From a candidate division WOR-3 bacterium (GTDB lineage Bacteria; Hydrothermota; Hydrothermia; JBDRYB01): a stretch of DNA of 64,000 bases. This document shows, one piece after another, positions 19,332 through 27,888 of this stretch. The translations under genes and the position numbers were made by a program. The stretch spans positions 74,371 through 138,370 of the forward strand of contig JBDRYB010000004.1 in the NCBI GenBank assembly GCA_039803205.1, read 5' to 3'. The notes below the pieces were generated by a model. That model saw only the letters and a list, made by a program, of their open reading frames with translations, was not told the DNA's origin and did no database searches. Each line of letters begins with the position of its first letter. The stretch's first letter is position 1.

Positions 19332-19955
19332 ATGGAAAAGGGAAAAGCGGGAATGTTCGTTGATGTGCAGAATGTCCAGGTAACCTTTGAGAAGGCTGGG
19401 AACGAGGTCAGATATGACAAACTCCTCTCTGAGATAGCAAGGGCATGTGAAAAGGAAGGGCTTTCACTCTGGAAGGCCGTTGCTTTTGTGCCATTTGACC
19501 CCAGGGATCAGCGGAGGGAACGCCTCATCAACGCGCTCTCCTTCATGGGTTACAGGGTAAAATCTAAGCAGGTCAAGCGCCTTCCGGATGGCTCGGTGAA
19601 AGCGAACATGGACATGGAAATAACCCTGGAGATACTATCCGCCGCGGATTATCTGGACATGATAGTAATAGTCTCCGGAGACAGCGATTTTGTTCCTCTC
19701 ATTGATACCCTGAACAGGATGGGCAAAAAGATATGGGTCATAGGCACGAAGAAGGGCGCTGTCGGAATAGAACTCATAAGGGCATCCGACAAATACGATA
19801 ACATGGATGACATGGAGGGCGTGATAATTCCTTTCAGCGTTTCCTCAACCAAGTGGGAGGAGGATTTCTTCACGGTTTCCGGAGGCGTTGAGGAGTTCAA
19901 GGAGGGATGGCCAGAGGAAGAGCCGGATATTGGTCAACCTGAGGAAGAGGAATAA
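19332..19955 (+). CDS. NYN domain (LabA/DUF88, PIN fold) protein with acidic tail
   Basis: FVDVQNV, KANMDMEITLE, IVSGDSDFVPL, ELIRASD; AGGAGG SD before ATG 19332. Confidence 0.9.
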   Translation: MEKGKAGMFVDVQNVQVTFEKAGNEVRYDKLLSEIARACEKEGLSLWKAVAFVPFDPRDQRRERLINALSFMGYRVKSKQVKRLPDGSVKANMDMEITLEILSAADYLDMIVIVSGDSDFVPLIDTLNRMGKKIWVIGTKKGAVGIELIRASDKYDNMDDMEGVIIPFSVSSTKWEEDFFTVSGGVEEFKEGWPEEEPDIGQPEEEE

Positions 19956-19968
19956 TTAAGCCCAGAAT

Positions 19969-21018
19969 TTGGAAACATCTCTCTCGCTTTATGACTTTGC
20001 ACTGCCGCCCGAGAGGATAGCTCAGTATCCCTCCCAGAGGGGGAGGTCAAGGCTATTTGTCATACAGAGAGATGGCTCGTTCCTGCACGGAAGCTTCTCG
20101 GACATCCCGGATTACTTTGAGCCAGGCGATGTCCTCATCGTAAACGATACGAGGGTTCTAAGAGCGAGACTCCTCGGCAAAACCCCTTCAGGGGGCAGAG
20201 TTGAGATATTGTTCACGAAGGCTAATGAAGCTAAAAGGTTCAGGGCGATCGTCAGGCCGGGGAAGAGGTTCAAGCCGGGCACGAGGATAGCGGTTGAGGA
20301 TGAGGTCCTTGTTGTTCTATCAAGGGATGGCCGGTTGGCTGAGCTGGAGATTGAGAGCGGCAATGATGTCATTATGCTCCTTGAGAAGCACGGCCGTGTT
20401 CCGCTTCCTCCATACATAAAGAGGCCTCCGGAGCCTGACGACGAGAAGCGCTACCAGACGGTCTTTGCCAGAGAACCCGGCTCCGTTGCCGCGCCCACAG
20501 CAGGACTGCACTTTACCGAGGAAATCCTTGAGGGAATAAGGGCAAAGGGAACCAAGATAGCCAACATAACCCTTCATGTTGGACCCGGAACCTTTAATCC
20601 GATAGAGGCTTTGGACCTTAAGGAGCACAACATGGAGGCCGAATACTACACCATCCCAAAGGAGACCGCGGAGGCGATCCGAGAAGCCAAATCAAAAGGT
20701 AGGAGGGTTTTCGTGTGCGGCACGAGCTCGGCGAGGGCCACCGAAACCTGGGCTATGGGCCGGGGGCCTCTGGCTGGTTGGACAGACCTGTTCATTTATC
20801 CGGGCCACGAATTTAGCGTTCCATCCGCCCTCATAACCAACCTTCACCTGCCCAAAAGCACCCCCCTCGCGCTTGTCGCGGCCTTCTGCGGTAGGGAGCT
20901 CATCCTTGAGGCATACAAAGAGGCATTGAAAATGGGCTACATGTTCGGCTCGTATGGGGATGCAATGCTGGTTCTGTATCGTGTGGCCCCTGGGGAAAAC
21001 AGGCTTCTGGAGTTTTAG
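19969..21018 (+). CDS. queA: tRNA preQ1(34) SAM ribosyltransferase-isomerase
   Basis: YDFALPPERIAQYP, NDTRV, PLPPYI, YQTVFA..GSVAAPTAGLHFT, SYGDAM. Confidence 0.96.
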   Translation: METSLSLYDFALPPERIAQYPSQRGRSRLFVIQRDGSFLHGSFSDIPDYFEPGDVLIVNDTRVLRARLLGKTPSGGRVEILFTKANEAKRFRAIVRPGKRFKPGTRIAVEDEVLVVLSRDGRLAELEIESGNDVIMLLEKHGRVPLPPYIKRPPEPDDEKRYQTVFAREPGSVAAPTAGLHFTEEILEGIRAKGTKIANITLHVGPGTFNPIEALDLKEHNMEAEYYTIPKETAEAIREAKSKGRRVFVCGTSSARATETWAMGRGPLAGWTDLFIYPGHEFSVPSALITNLHLPKSTPLALVAAFCGRELILEAYKEALKMGYMFGSYGDAMLVLYRVAPGENRLLEF

Positions 21019-21028
21019 CCCCCCGCAG

Positions 21029-21387
21029 TGTTTCAAAATTCCAGATCACCGAACCAAGGGTCCACAGGGTTAAGGCGTTGTCTGAGCTCCAGCTCCTTAG
21101 CTGTCTCCTCGGGGAGATATGGTAAGAGCCTCTTTGGGGGCCTCTGAGGCTGGCCATATACGCTCCTCGGCCTGCCGCTTTCTGTTCTCACCTTGAGTAT
21201 GCTACGCCTCGTTGAGGTGAAGAGGTTTAGAAGCGGCTCGTGGTGGCCTGGTTCACCATCCCTCCCTGTGGCTATGGAATAGGGTATCCTGGCTCTCAGG
21301 GGCCTCTAGGCTGATGAGTTTCTCTTCACGAGGGACTATAACCCATGCCTATCTGAGGGTCGTATTCGGCGATCACATTTTTGGAGC
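21029..21387 (-). mobile_element. IS remnant containing the C-terminal part of an rve/ISNCY-type transposase
   Basis: Minus frame 21305-21033 reads LLNLFTSTRRSILKVRTESGRPRSVYGQPQRPPKRLLPYLPEETAKEL...LNPV. The end sequence TGTTTCAAAATTCCAGATCACCGAA has a degenerate inverted partner at 21365-21387 and an exact inverted copy at 58586-58610. Confidence 0.6.
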
Positions 21388-21434
21388 TAAACGCCGGTTT
21401 TTAACCAGCAACCATGAGCCAATATAATTTGAAG

Positions 21435-22082
21435 GTGATCCGTGGCGCTTTTCACCTGCACTCGTCCCTCTCCTCCGATGGGCAAGGGGATTTTAGGGAT
21501 TGGGCACTTTGGGCACGAGAGCGCGGGCTTTCCTTCCTTATTTTCACCGAGCATGAGCCTGATGTAACCGAGGCACAGCTTGCCGGGATGCCTGATGAGG
21601 TAGCAGGCGTAAGGCTATTTTGGTTCTTTGAAAAAGGAAACGAGCATTGCCACTGGGTTGAGCTTCCAGGCATGGCGGTTCTCCTCCACCCGGGCGAACC
21701 AAAGTCCCCTGATAAACTTTTCGCTTGCGTGGAGGCGTGGAACCTGAAACGCGACGGGCCTTATCCATCGCGCCGGGTTCTCACGGCATTCAAGGGACAG
21801 GATCTTATGTTCATCGGGGGATGCGATTTCCATTCTCCTCGGTATACGCCTATAGTCCTCGAGCTTGAGGGGAACGACCCTCTCATTTCGCTACGGGAAG
21901 GCAGGTTTGTTTCCCGCCGGGGCAGGGTTATTCTTCATCCGGACGGGAGGGTTGAGGGCGCCGGAATGGGTTGGAGGGCTTGGGAAGCCCTGATGGCCGG
22001 ATACCGTGGGCTAAGGTGGATTGCGAGGAATCTCGGCCTGGCAGGGGTTCTCAGGCGGATAAGGAGGAATCTGAGAAAATGA
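21435..22082 (+). CDS. PHP-domain metal-dependent phosphoesterase-like protein
   Basis: FHLHSSLSSDG, FTEH, LLHP, GGCDFH; GTG 21435 lies 6 nt after TATAAT. Confidence 0.75.
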   Translation: MIRGAFHLHSSLSSDGQGDFRDWALWARERGLSFLIFTEHEPDVTEAQLAGMPDEVAGVRLFWFFEKGNEHCHWVELPGMAVLLHPGEPKSPDKLFACVEAWNLKRDGPYPSRRVLTAFKGQDLMFIGGCDFHSPRYTPIVLELEGNDPLISLREGRFVSRRGRVILHPDGRVEGAGMGWRAWEALMAGYRGLRWIARNLGLAGVLRRIRRNLRK

Positions 22083-22798
22083 GAGGCAAAAGGGTTCTTT
22101 TATACCATTCAATAACCGATAGAGACGGATTTCTCCGGCAGATTGACATTATATCAGGCATGCGAACCTGTTTTGCTTCTGAGATATTGAGGGCAGAAGC
22201 CCCTTGCGTCGCGATAACATTTGACGATGGGTGGTCGGATCTCATCTGGGCTTTTTCCGAATTGAAGGCCAGGGGCCTCCCGGCCACGCTTTTTTTGACA
22301 ACAGTGCTTCCAGAGCTGAGAGAAACAGGTCGCTGGGAGAACTTCACTCGGGCCAAATTCCCTCGCTTGTCAGAGACATCGTTTTTGGTTCCGCTTTCCT
22401 GGGATGAACTGCGAGAGCTTGTCAAGGAGGGACTTGAGATAGGCTCACACGGCTACATCCACATCAGGTTTGCCTCTGGGGCAGAGGAGGAGCTCAGGGT
22501 TTCGCGGAAGATGATAAGGGAAAGGCTCAGCGTTGAAACGAAGATATTCGCTTATCCCTATGGAAGGCGCAGGGACATTGAACTCTCGGCAAAGGGGCTT
22601 CTTCCCGCGTCCGGTTACGAGATGGGTTTTATCGGCCATGGCTGGGCTGTCCCCGATGATTGCGATCCCCTTCTCATTCCGAGGCACCCCGTGAAGGAGT
22701 CGTGGTCTCCCGAAAGATTCAAGGGCATACTGGCAGGAAAGACGGATCTCAAGGAGCGGATGTCCTGGTGGGTTCAGGGTCTTATTTCCCAGAGGTAA
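22079..22798 (+). CDS. Polysaccharide deacetylase (NodB/CE4 family)
   Basis: LLYH, ITFDDG, ATLF, EIGSHG..H, FAYPYG; ATGA overlap with the upstream gene. Confidence 0.88.
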   Translation: MRGKRVLLYHSITDRDGFLRQIDIISGMRTCFASEILRAEAPCVAITFDDGWSDLIWAFSELKARGLPATLFLTTVLPELRETGRWENFTRAKFPRLSETSFLVPLSWDELRELVKEGLEIGSHGYIHIRFASGAEEELRVSRKMIRERLSVETKIFAYPYGRRRDIELSAKGLLPASGYEMGFIGHGWAVPDDCDPLLIPRHPVKESWSPERFKGILAGKTDLKERMSWWVQGLISQR

Positions 22799-23309
22799 TC
22801 GTGAGCCTCTCCGAATCTGAGGGGTTGGTCATCCCGCTCTCATCGTAACCCACCACATATATCCAGTAGTTTCCGTAAGGCCAACCGGAGACATCCAGGT
22901 CCAGATATACATCCTCGGAATCCGAATCAAACGAACCATCCGAGGGTTTCATGGATTTCTGGGTAAAGCCAGGAATCTCCTCAAATGATTCTGTCCTCGC
23001 ACAGAGCTCAGCCCGGGCTACGCGATGAGTATCGCCGGGTTCAGGACTATAAGTTATGACGGTCGCGACCACCCTGACCGTCCTCGCTCCCTCAGTTGGG
23101 TTCGGGAAAACGATTAAGCTCGTGATACCGGGGCCGTAATAACTGGGCATTGGAACATAGCATGTTGGTGCGATGTCTTCTGCCGAGAGTCCGGAAGCCA
23201 AGAAACCCAGCAACCCAAAAACTAATCCTGAGGGCAAAACCCCTTTCCTCGCGCCGAGGAAGAGAAGTCGACAAAGCCCCCGCAGGACATCCTTTTTCAT
23301 TTTTGCCAT
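22782..23309 (-). CDS. Hypothetical exported protein with long basic leader, PTCY motif and Ig-like domain
   Basis: Basic N-region, hydrophobic stretch, TCYVPMP, beta-rich domain (FPNPT...DGSFDS...LDVSGW..G.Y.IYV.G.D..G); ATG 6 nt after TATAAT. Confidence 0.65.
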   Translation of the reverse strand: MAKMKKDVLRGLCRLLFLGARKGVLPSGLVFGLLGFLASGLSAEDIAPTCYVPMPSYYGPGITSLIVFPNPTEGARTVRVVATVITYSPEPGDTHRVARAELCARTESFEEIPGFTQKSMKPSDGSFDSDSEDVYLDLDVSGWPYGNYWIYVVGYDESGMTNPSDSERLTITSGK

Positions 23310-23437
23310 GGCCAAATTATAGATCTTGCGAAACCCGATAAGAAAATCCTTGGCGGAGAACCCCCGCTGTTTGCTCCTCGGTTATCTTCAGTTCCATCAA
23401 TCAGGGTTCTGGCCATCGCCACGGAATAATTCCCCAG

Positions 23438-24268
23438 CTATCTCATGAGAACCCACCAGGCCCGCTCCAGTTTCTCTGGTTTTGGTTTGATGCTTAGAGG
23501 CAATATCTCTTCAACTTCTTCCTCAGACAGCCTGTAGGCAAATGCGCTGGTTATTAACGAGCCTTCCTGGAACCAGGGGCCGGGTTCCTCTTTTCCCCTT
23601 TGTAGGGTGAATACCGGCCACCACTCTCCGAGGAAAGCCTCAGCGGCCCCTTCGGTGAGTCCTGCAGAGACCAGATTTCTCCTTATCTCGCTTTCGGACG
23701 GAATCCCTGCCGGCTCGGGCCAGATCGTCTCTGATGGCCCCAGAATAGGTATGTAATACGAAAGGAGGATTCCCTTTTCGGCTCCGGGGTAGCCAATCAG
23801 GTATATGATATCATAAACAGGATGCTTCCCGGAGTTCAGGAACCCCATTTTGTCCCCCTCTCTCAGTATCCTAACCTTGTTCTCGTATGAGACCTGAGCC
23901 TCGTAGAAGATGTAGCCGCACGCGTGCTCGTTCGCGAGGATTGCCGTCGCTTTCTGATCCGTCCAGCACGAGGGTTCGGGGCTGGCCTTCTTGGGATCAC
24001 ATTGCCTTATCCTCCAAGAGGGCTTTCCATTTATCTCAACAAATGGTGGTTCTGAGACGGTTATCTTATCAGGAGAAACTCCAAGGCTGAGAACCAATTC
24101 CTTGGAGATGTTCCCGTAGAAATAGAGGACAGGGGCTTTCACGACAGGCATATCCGAGGTATCCTCTATCAGCTCTCCGAATGCTGTGGCCGAGGATATC
24201 ACCTTGCCTGAACCGAGGTCTACAACTCCCCACTCCGAAACAGAGAAGCTCAGAATAATCGCTATCAT
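23438..24268 (-). CDS. Hypothetical exported protein (KxPV(I/L)Y(L/F)Y-type uncharacterised family)
   Basis: Short hydrophobic N-terminus, SEWG, KAPVLYFYG, FYEA, GLTE..A.AF..EWWP, LPLSIKP.P...ER; ATG 24268 lies 6 nt after TATAAT. Confidence 0.6.
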   Translation of the reverse strand: MIAIILSFSVSEWGVVDLGSGKVISSATAFGELIEDTSDMPVVKAPVLYFYGNISKELVLSLGVSPDKITVSEPPFVEINGKPSWRIRQCDPKKASPEPSCWTDQKATAILANEHACGYIFYEAQVSYENKVRILREGDKMGFLNSGKHPVYDIIYLIGYPGAEKGILLSYYIPILGPSETIWPEPAGIPSESEIRRNLVSAGLTEGAAEAFLGEWWPVFTLQRGKEEPGPWFQEGSLITSAFAYRLSEEEVEEILPLSIKPKPEKLERAWWVLMR

Positions 24269-24300
24269 TATCATATTATAAAGCTTCTCGCACCTGAAGT

Positions 24301-24495
24301 CTACTCGGTTATCTCTGTGTCTATGGAATCCGGAGAGCCAAGCATTCCCTCCATGTCCCACCCTGAGACAAAGACCCTGTGCTTTCCAGGGGTGAGGCCC
24401 GTTATGTCCAGGCCAAGGGGTATCCTTCCTCTTCTTAGCGAGGTCAAAAGAAACCTGGCAAGACCGCGCGTCAATTCCTTTTTCACCTTTGTCAT
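24301..24495 (-). pseudogene. Internally deleted paralogue of the 22782-23309 protein
   Basis: The first ~28 aa match that protein's leader and the last ~36 aa match its C-terminus; the middle is absent. Confidence 0.65.
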
Positions 24496-24528
24496 GTGTA
24501 AAATATTAATTCAAGGATGAGGGATCTT

Positions 24529-25476
24529 TCAAGGCTCAAAGCTCCTGAGAAACGCCTCCATCCTGAAGATATACTGGAGCTTGTCCGGTTTCTCTGGCGC
24601 GAAAACAGCCATGTCTATCATGTAGAATTTTCCTCCTTCATTAAAGGCTATGAGCTTAAAAGGCCCCCCCGCGACCCGCTGGTCGTTCTGCCAGACCCCC
24701 CAGATGGCCATAGCGGGATTACCCCTGAACCTGGTCTCCTCAACCTCAACCAGGTCCCTCATTGAATAGTCCCCGTCGTAGAAAGCCGCGGTCAGCTCAT
24801 CCCTGAGATCAAGGATCCCCTTGGGATCCAGGGCACGAGGAGCGGATTCCCTGTAAATGAAGAAGAACTGGTCTGGGTTGTGCTTTGCCATACAGAGGAA
24901 GTTCTCCTCCTCTTTTACAAAGGACCAGCCATCCGGCAGGTCTATTTTGTAGCCATATTCCTCCCTTATGGTGTTTGCGAACTTCTTGTTCCTGCCAGGG
25001 TAGTATGAGAGCCGGGAGTAAAGGAACATGACCCTGTCAATCATCTTGTCCCTGAGAATGGGCGTTATGGCTGTTAGCGAGCCGTATAGCCCCTCCTCTT
25101 TTTCGCCAAAGAGCCCTATCACATAATCGTCTCTCACAAACCCCCCATTCTTCTCCGAGAGGCCTTGTCGCGGTTCAGGGAAAACGGAGAGGTAGAGGTT
25201 GAAGGTCTTGGATGAGGGCGTGGCCAGGATGATTATGTTCTTGTGGCCTTTCCAGTTCTTCTGGAATTCATCCGGCGTCACGAAAGTCAGCTTGAAGAGG
25301 CTCTCGGGTTGCGGGGTCTGGATGATCCTGAACATCTCTGCCTGCAGGTGCGTTGCGACCCGTCTCAGGTCATCCGAATAGACGATAACCCATCTCCTCT
25401 CTTCTCCTCTGGCATAGCGCTCTATCCTTGGGAAACAGGAAAGCGCGATCACTACCAGTATAAAGGCTTTCCTCAT
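24529..25476 (-). CDS. DUF4837-like lipoprotein
   Basis: MRKAFILVVIALS-C lipobox; PQPE..F.L, WGVW.N...AGGPF, FAP..KLQY; ATG 6 nt after TATAAT. Confidence 0.7.
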   Translation of the reverse strand: MRKAFILVVIALSCFPRIERYARGEERRWVIVYSDDLRRVATHLQAEMFRIIQTPQPESLFKLTFVTPDEFQKNWKGHKNIIILATPSSKTFNLYLSVFPEPRQGLSEKNGGFVRDDYVIGLFGEKEEGLYGSLTAITPILRDKMIDRVMFLYSRLSYYPGRNKKFANTIREEYGYKIDLPDGWSFVKEEENFLCMAKHNPDQFFFIYRESAPRALDPKGILDLRDELTAAFYDGDYSMRDLVEVEETRFRGNPAMAIWGVWQNDQRVAGGPFKLIAFNEGGKFYMIDMAVFAPEKPDKLQYIFRMEAFLRSFEP

Positions 25477-25553
25477 GGACAAATTATAAACGGGGAGATC
25501 GCGTTTGATCCGCAACGCGCGGGGAGGATATAATTGGCGTCTAGGCGAAGCCC

Positions 25554-26807
25554 ATGCGAGATTTTCATATCGCAGACCCAAGGCTAGCTGAGGCTGGCCA
25601 GAAGCGGATAGAATGGGCAGGAGAACACATGCCTGTCCTTGCAAACCTCTCCAAAGAGCACACCGGAACCCTGAAGGGCCTAAGGCTCTCGCTTTGCCTT
25701 CATGTGACCACCGAGACAGCGAATCTGGTTTTGGCACTGAGGGCCGCGGGTGCGGATACCAGGCTTTGCGCCTCAAATCCCCTATCAACCCAGGACGATG
25801 TGGCCGCGGCCCTGGCGGTCAATCACGGGGTTCCGGTCTTCGCCATACACGGCGAGGATAAAGAGACATATTATGAGCACATAAAAAGGTGCCTCAGCCA
25901 CCGGCCCCACATAACCATGGATGATGGAGGAGACCTCACATCGTATATACACAAGGAGGATCCGGGTATGGCTGAAGGCGTCCTTGGGGGAACCGAGGAA
26001 ACAACCACTGGGGTCATAAGGTTCAGGGCCATGGAGCGCGAGGGGGTTCTACTTTATCCCATAATAGCGGTCAACGATTCCCGGACCAAGTTTCTGTTTG
26101 ACAACCGGTATGGCACTGGTCAGAGCACAATAGACGGGATACTCAGACTAACGAACATCCTTCTTGCCGGTAAGACCTTCGCTGTTGCAGGATACGGATG
26201 GTGTGGAAAGGGAATAGCTCAGAGGGCCAAAGGCTCAGGCGCGAGGGTCCTCGTCTGTGAGGCAGACCCAATTAAGGCGCTTGAGGCGGCGATGGATGGG
26301 TTTGAAGCGGTTAGCGTTGCTGAGGCCATAGCGAGGGCTGACATCCTCGTTACGGCCACCGGGGACAAGCATGTGGTTGACGAGGAGCACATTGCCCTGG
26401 CAAAGGATGGGATAATCCTGGCCAACTCTGGCCACTTTGATGTTGAGATAAACATCCCGGCCATACGGAAGGCCTCGGTTAAAGAGGATGAGGCCAGGCC
26501 TGGGGTCAGGCGCTTCACTCTGAGGGATGGCAGGAGGATATACCTACTTACGGATGGGAGGCTCGTTAACCTCTCAGGCGCTGAGGGCCACCCCGCTGAG
26601 GTCATGGATATGAGCTTCTCCAATCAGTTCCTAGCCGCAAAATACCTAAAGGAGAACGCTGGCAAACTGGAGAAGAAAGTCTATACCCTCCCTGTTGAGA
26701 TAGATGAGATGATCGCCAGGGCAAAGCTCAGACACATGGGGATGGGCCTTGAAGAGCTGAGACCGGACCAGCTCAAATACCTTTCCGACTGGAGAGAGGG
26801 AACATGA
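25554..26807 (+). CDS. ahcY: Adenosylhomocysteinase (short form)
   Basis: MPVL, LHVTTETA, SNPLSTQDD, DDGGD, EETTTG, KFLFDNRYGTGQS, GHPAEVMDMSF. Confidence 0.97.
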   Translation: MRDFHIADPRLAEAGQKRIEWAGEHMPVLANLSKEHTGTLKGLRLSLCLHVTTETANLVLALRAAGADTRLCASNPLSTQDDVAAALAVNHGVPVFAIHGEDKETYYEHIKRCLSHRPHITMDDGGDLTSYIHKEDPGMAEGVLGGTEETTTGVIRFRAMEREGVLLYPIIAVNDSRTKFLFDNRYGTGQSTIDGILRLTNILLAGKTFAVAGYGWCGKGIAQRAKGSGARVLVCEADPIKALEAAMDGFEAVSVAEAIARADILVTATGDKHVVDEEHIALAKDGIILANSGHFDVEINIPAIRKASVKEDEARPGVRRFTLRDGRRIYLLTDGRLVNLSGAEGHPAEVMDMSFSNQFLAAKYLKENAGKLEKKVYTLPVEIDEMIARAKLRHMGMGLEELRPDQLKYLSDWREGT

Positions 26808-27877
26808 CTCTCTTTCTCTGCCTCGCCTCTCTCCAGCCCCCAAGGAATCTCAGGAGCGCAACCTGCGTCGGAGATACGACCGCTGGCCTGCTCCTGATGT
26901 GGGATAGGAGCCCAGACGCGGAGCTATACGATGTCTTTCTGGTTGATTCCACCGGAAACAAGCTCTATCTCGGAACGACGAGTCAGGACTACAACAGATA
27001 CAAGCACTTTGATGTTAAGGCCGGGGAAACATACACCTTTATAGTTTCATCAGTAAGGGGCGATGAAAGAGCGGAATCAGCACCATACACGATCGCATTC
27101 AGGCCGGCTTGGTTTGATGTGACCAGGCTCAACAACCTCGTTTTCCTCCTGGGTTTCAGCCTCGTCTTTTTCGCTTATCTTTTGGTTGCCCGGAGGGGGA
27201 TCCCCATGTCAATCCGGAAGATAGCGGGGCTTGAGGAGATTGACAACGCCGTTGGCAGGGCAACGGAGCTCGGCAGGCCCATACTCTTCATCCACGGTCT
27301 GAGCACCATAAGCGAACTGCCGACCGTGGCCGCTCTCACTGTGCTGAAACACATAGGAAAGAAGGCCGCTGAGTATGAGATCAGGCTCCTCGTTCCGAAC
27401 AACGATCCCCTGGTCATGGCCGCGAGCCAGGAGGTCGTCAAGGAGGCATACACCGAGTCCGGGAGGCCTGACCTCTACAACGAGGATGACATATTCTTCG
27501 TCTCGCCTGAGCAGTTTGCCTATGCGGCCGCGGTGAACGGCATCGCCATAAGGGAAAGGGCAGGTGCTGTATTTCTCCTCGGATACTTCTACGCTGAGAG
27601 CCTGATGTTCGCTGAGGTCGGGCAATCGGTTGGCGCTATACAGGTCGCTGGAACATCAGCTACGGATCAGCTTCCCTTCTTCGTGGCCTCGTGCGATTAC
27701 ACCCTCATAGGAGAGGAGCTCTACGCGGCCTCGGCTTATCTCTCTGGAGATGCCCTGCAGATAGCGACCGTGAAAGCAGAAGACATATTCAAGCTCTTAA
27801 CGGTCATTTTGGTTCTTCTTGGCTCCATAACCGAGGCAATTGGTTGGAGGTTCATCTTTGACCTTTTGATGACCTGA
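26804..27877 (+). CDS. Fibronectin type III + DUF6754-like membrane protein
   Basis: PPRNL..LMWD..Y.V..YTF.V FN3 domain, TM helix, IRKIAGLEEIDNAVGRATELGRP...QLPFFVASCDYTLIGEELYAASAYLS, C-terminal TM. Confidence 0.75.
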   Translation: MTLFLCLASLQPPRNLRSATCVGDTTAGLLLMWDRSPDAELYDVFLVDSTGNKLYLGTTSQDYNRYKHFDVKAGETYTFIVSSVRGDERAESAPYTIAFRPAWFDVTRLNNLVFLLGFSLVFFAYLLVARRGIPMSIRKIAGLEEIDNAVGRATELGRPILFIHGLSTISELPTVAALTVLKHIGKKAAEYEIRLLVPNNDPLVMAASQEVVKEAYTESGRPDLYNEDDIFFVSPEQFAYAAAVNGIAIRERAGAVFLLGYFYAESLMFAEVGQSVGAIQVAGTSATDQLPFFVASCDYTLIGEELYAASAYLSGDALQIATVKAEDIFKLLTVILVLLGSITEAIGWRFIFDLLMT

Positions 27878-27888
27878 AGGAGGTTTAT

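Noticed and set aside
23322..23437. Intergenic region as a possible riboswitch or tRNA
   Set aside because: No cloverleaf or known aptamer motif; the downstream gene appears leaderless.
24529..25788. Long N-terminal extensions given by the ORF track (also at 1414, 24361, 41018, 47957, 48399)
   Set aside because: They overlap neighbouring genes or promoters; downstream starts have an SD or -10 box and sensible N-termini.
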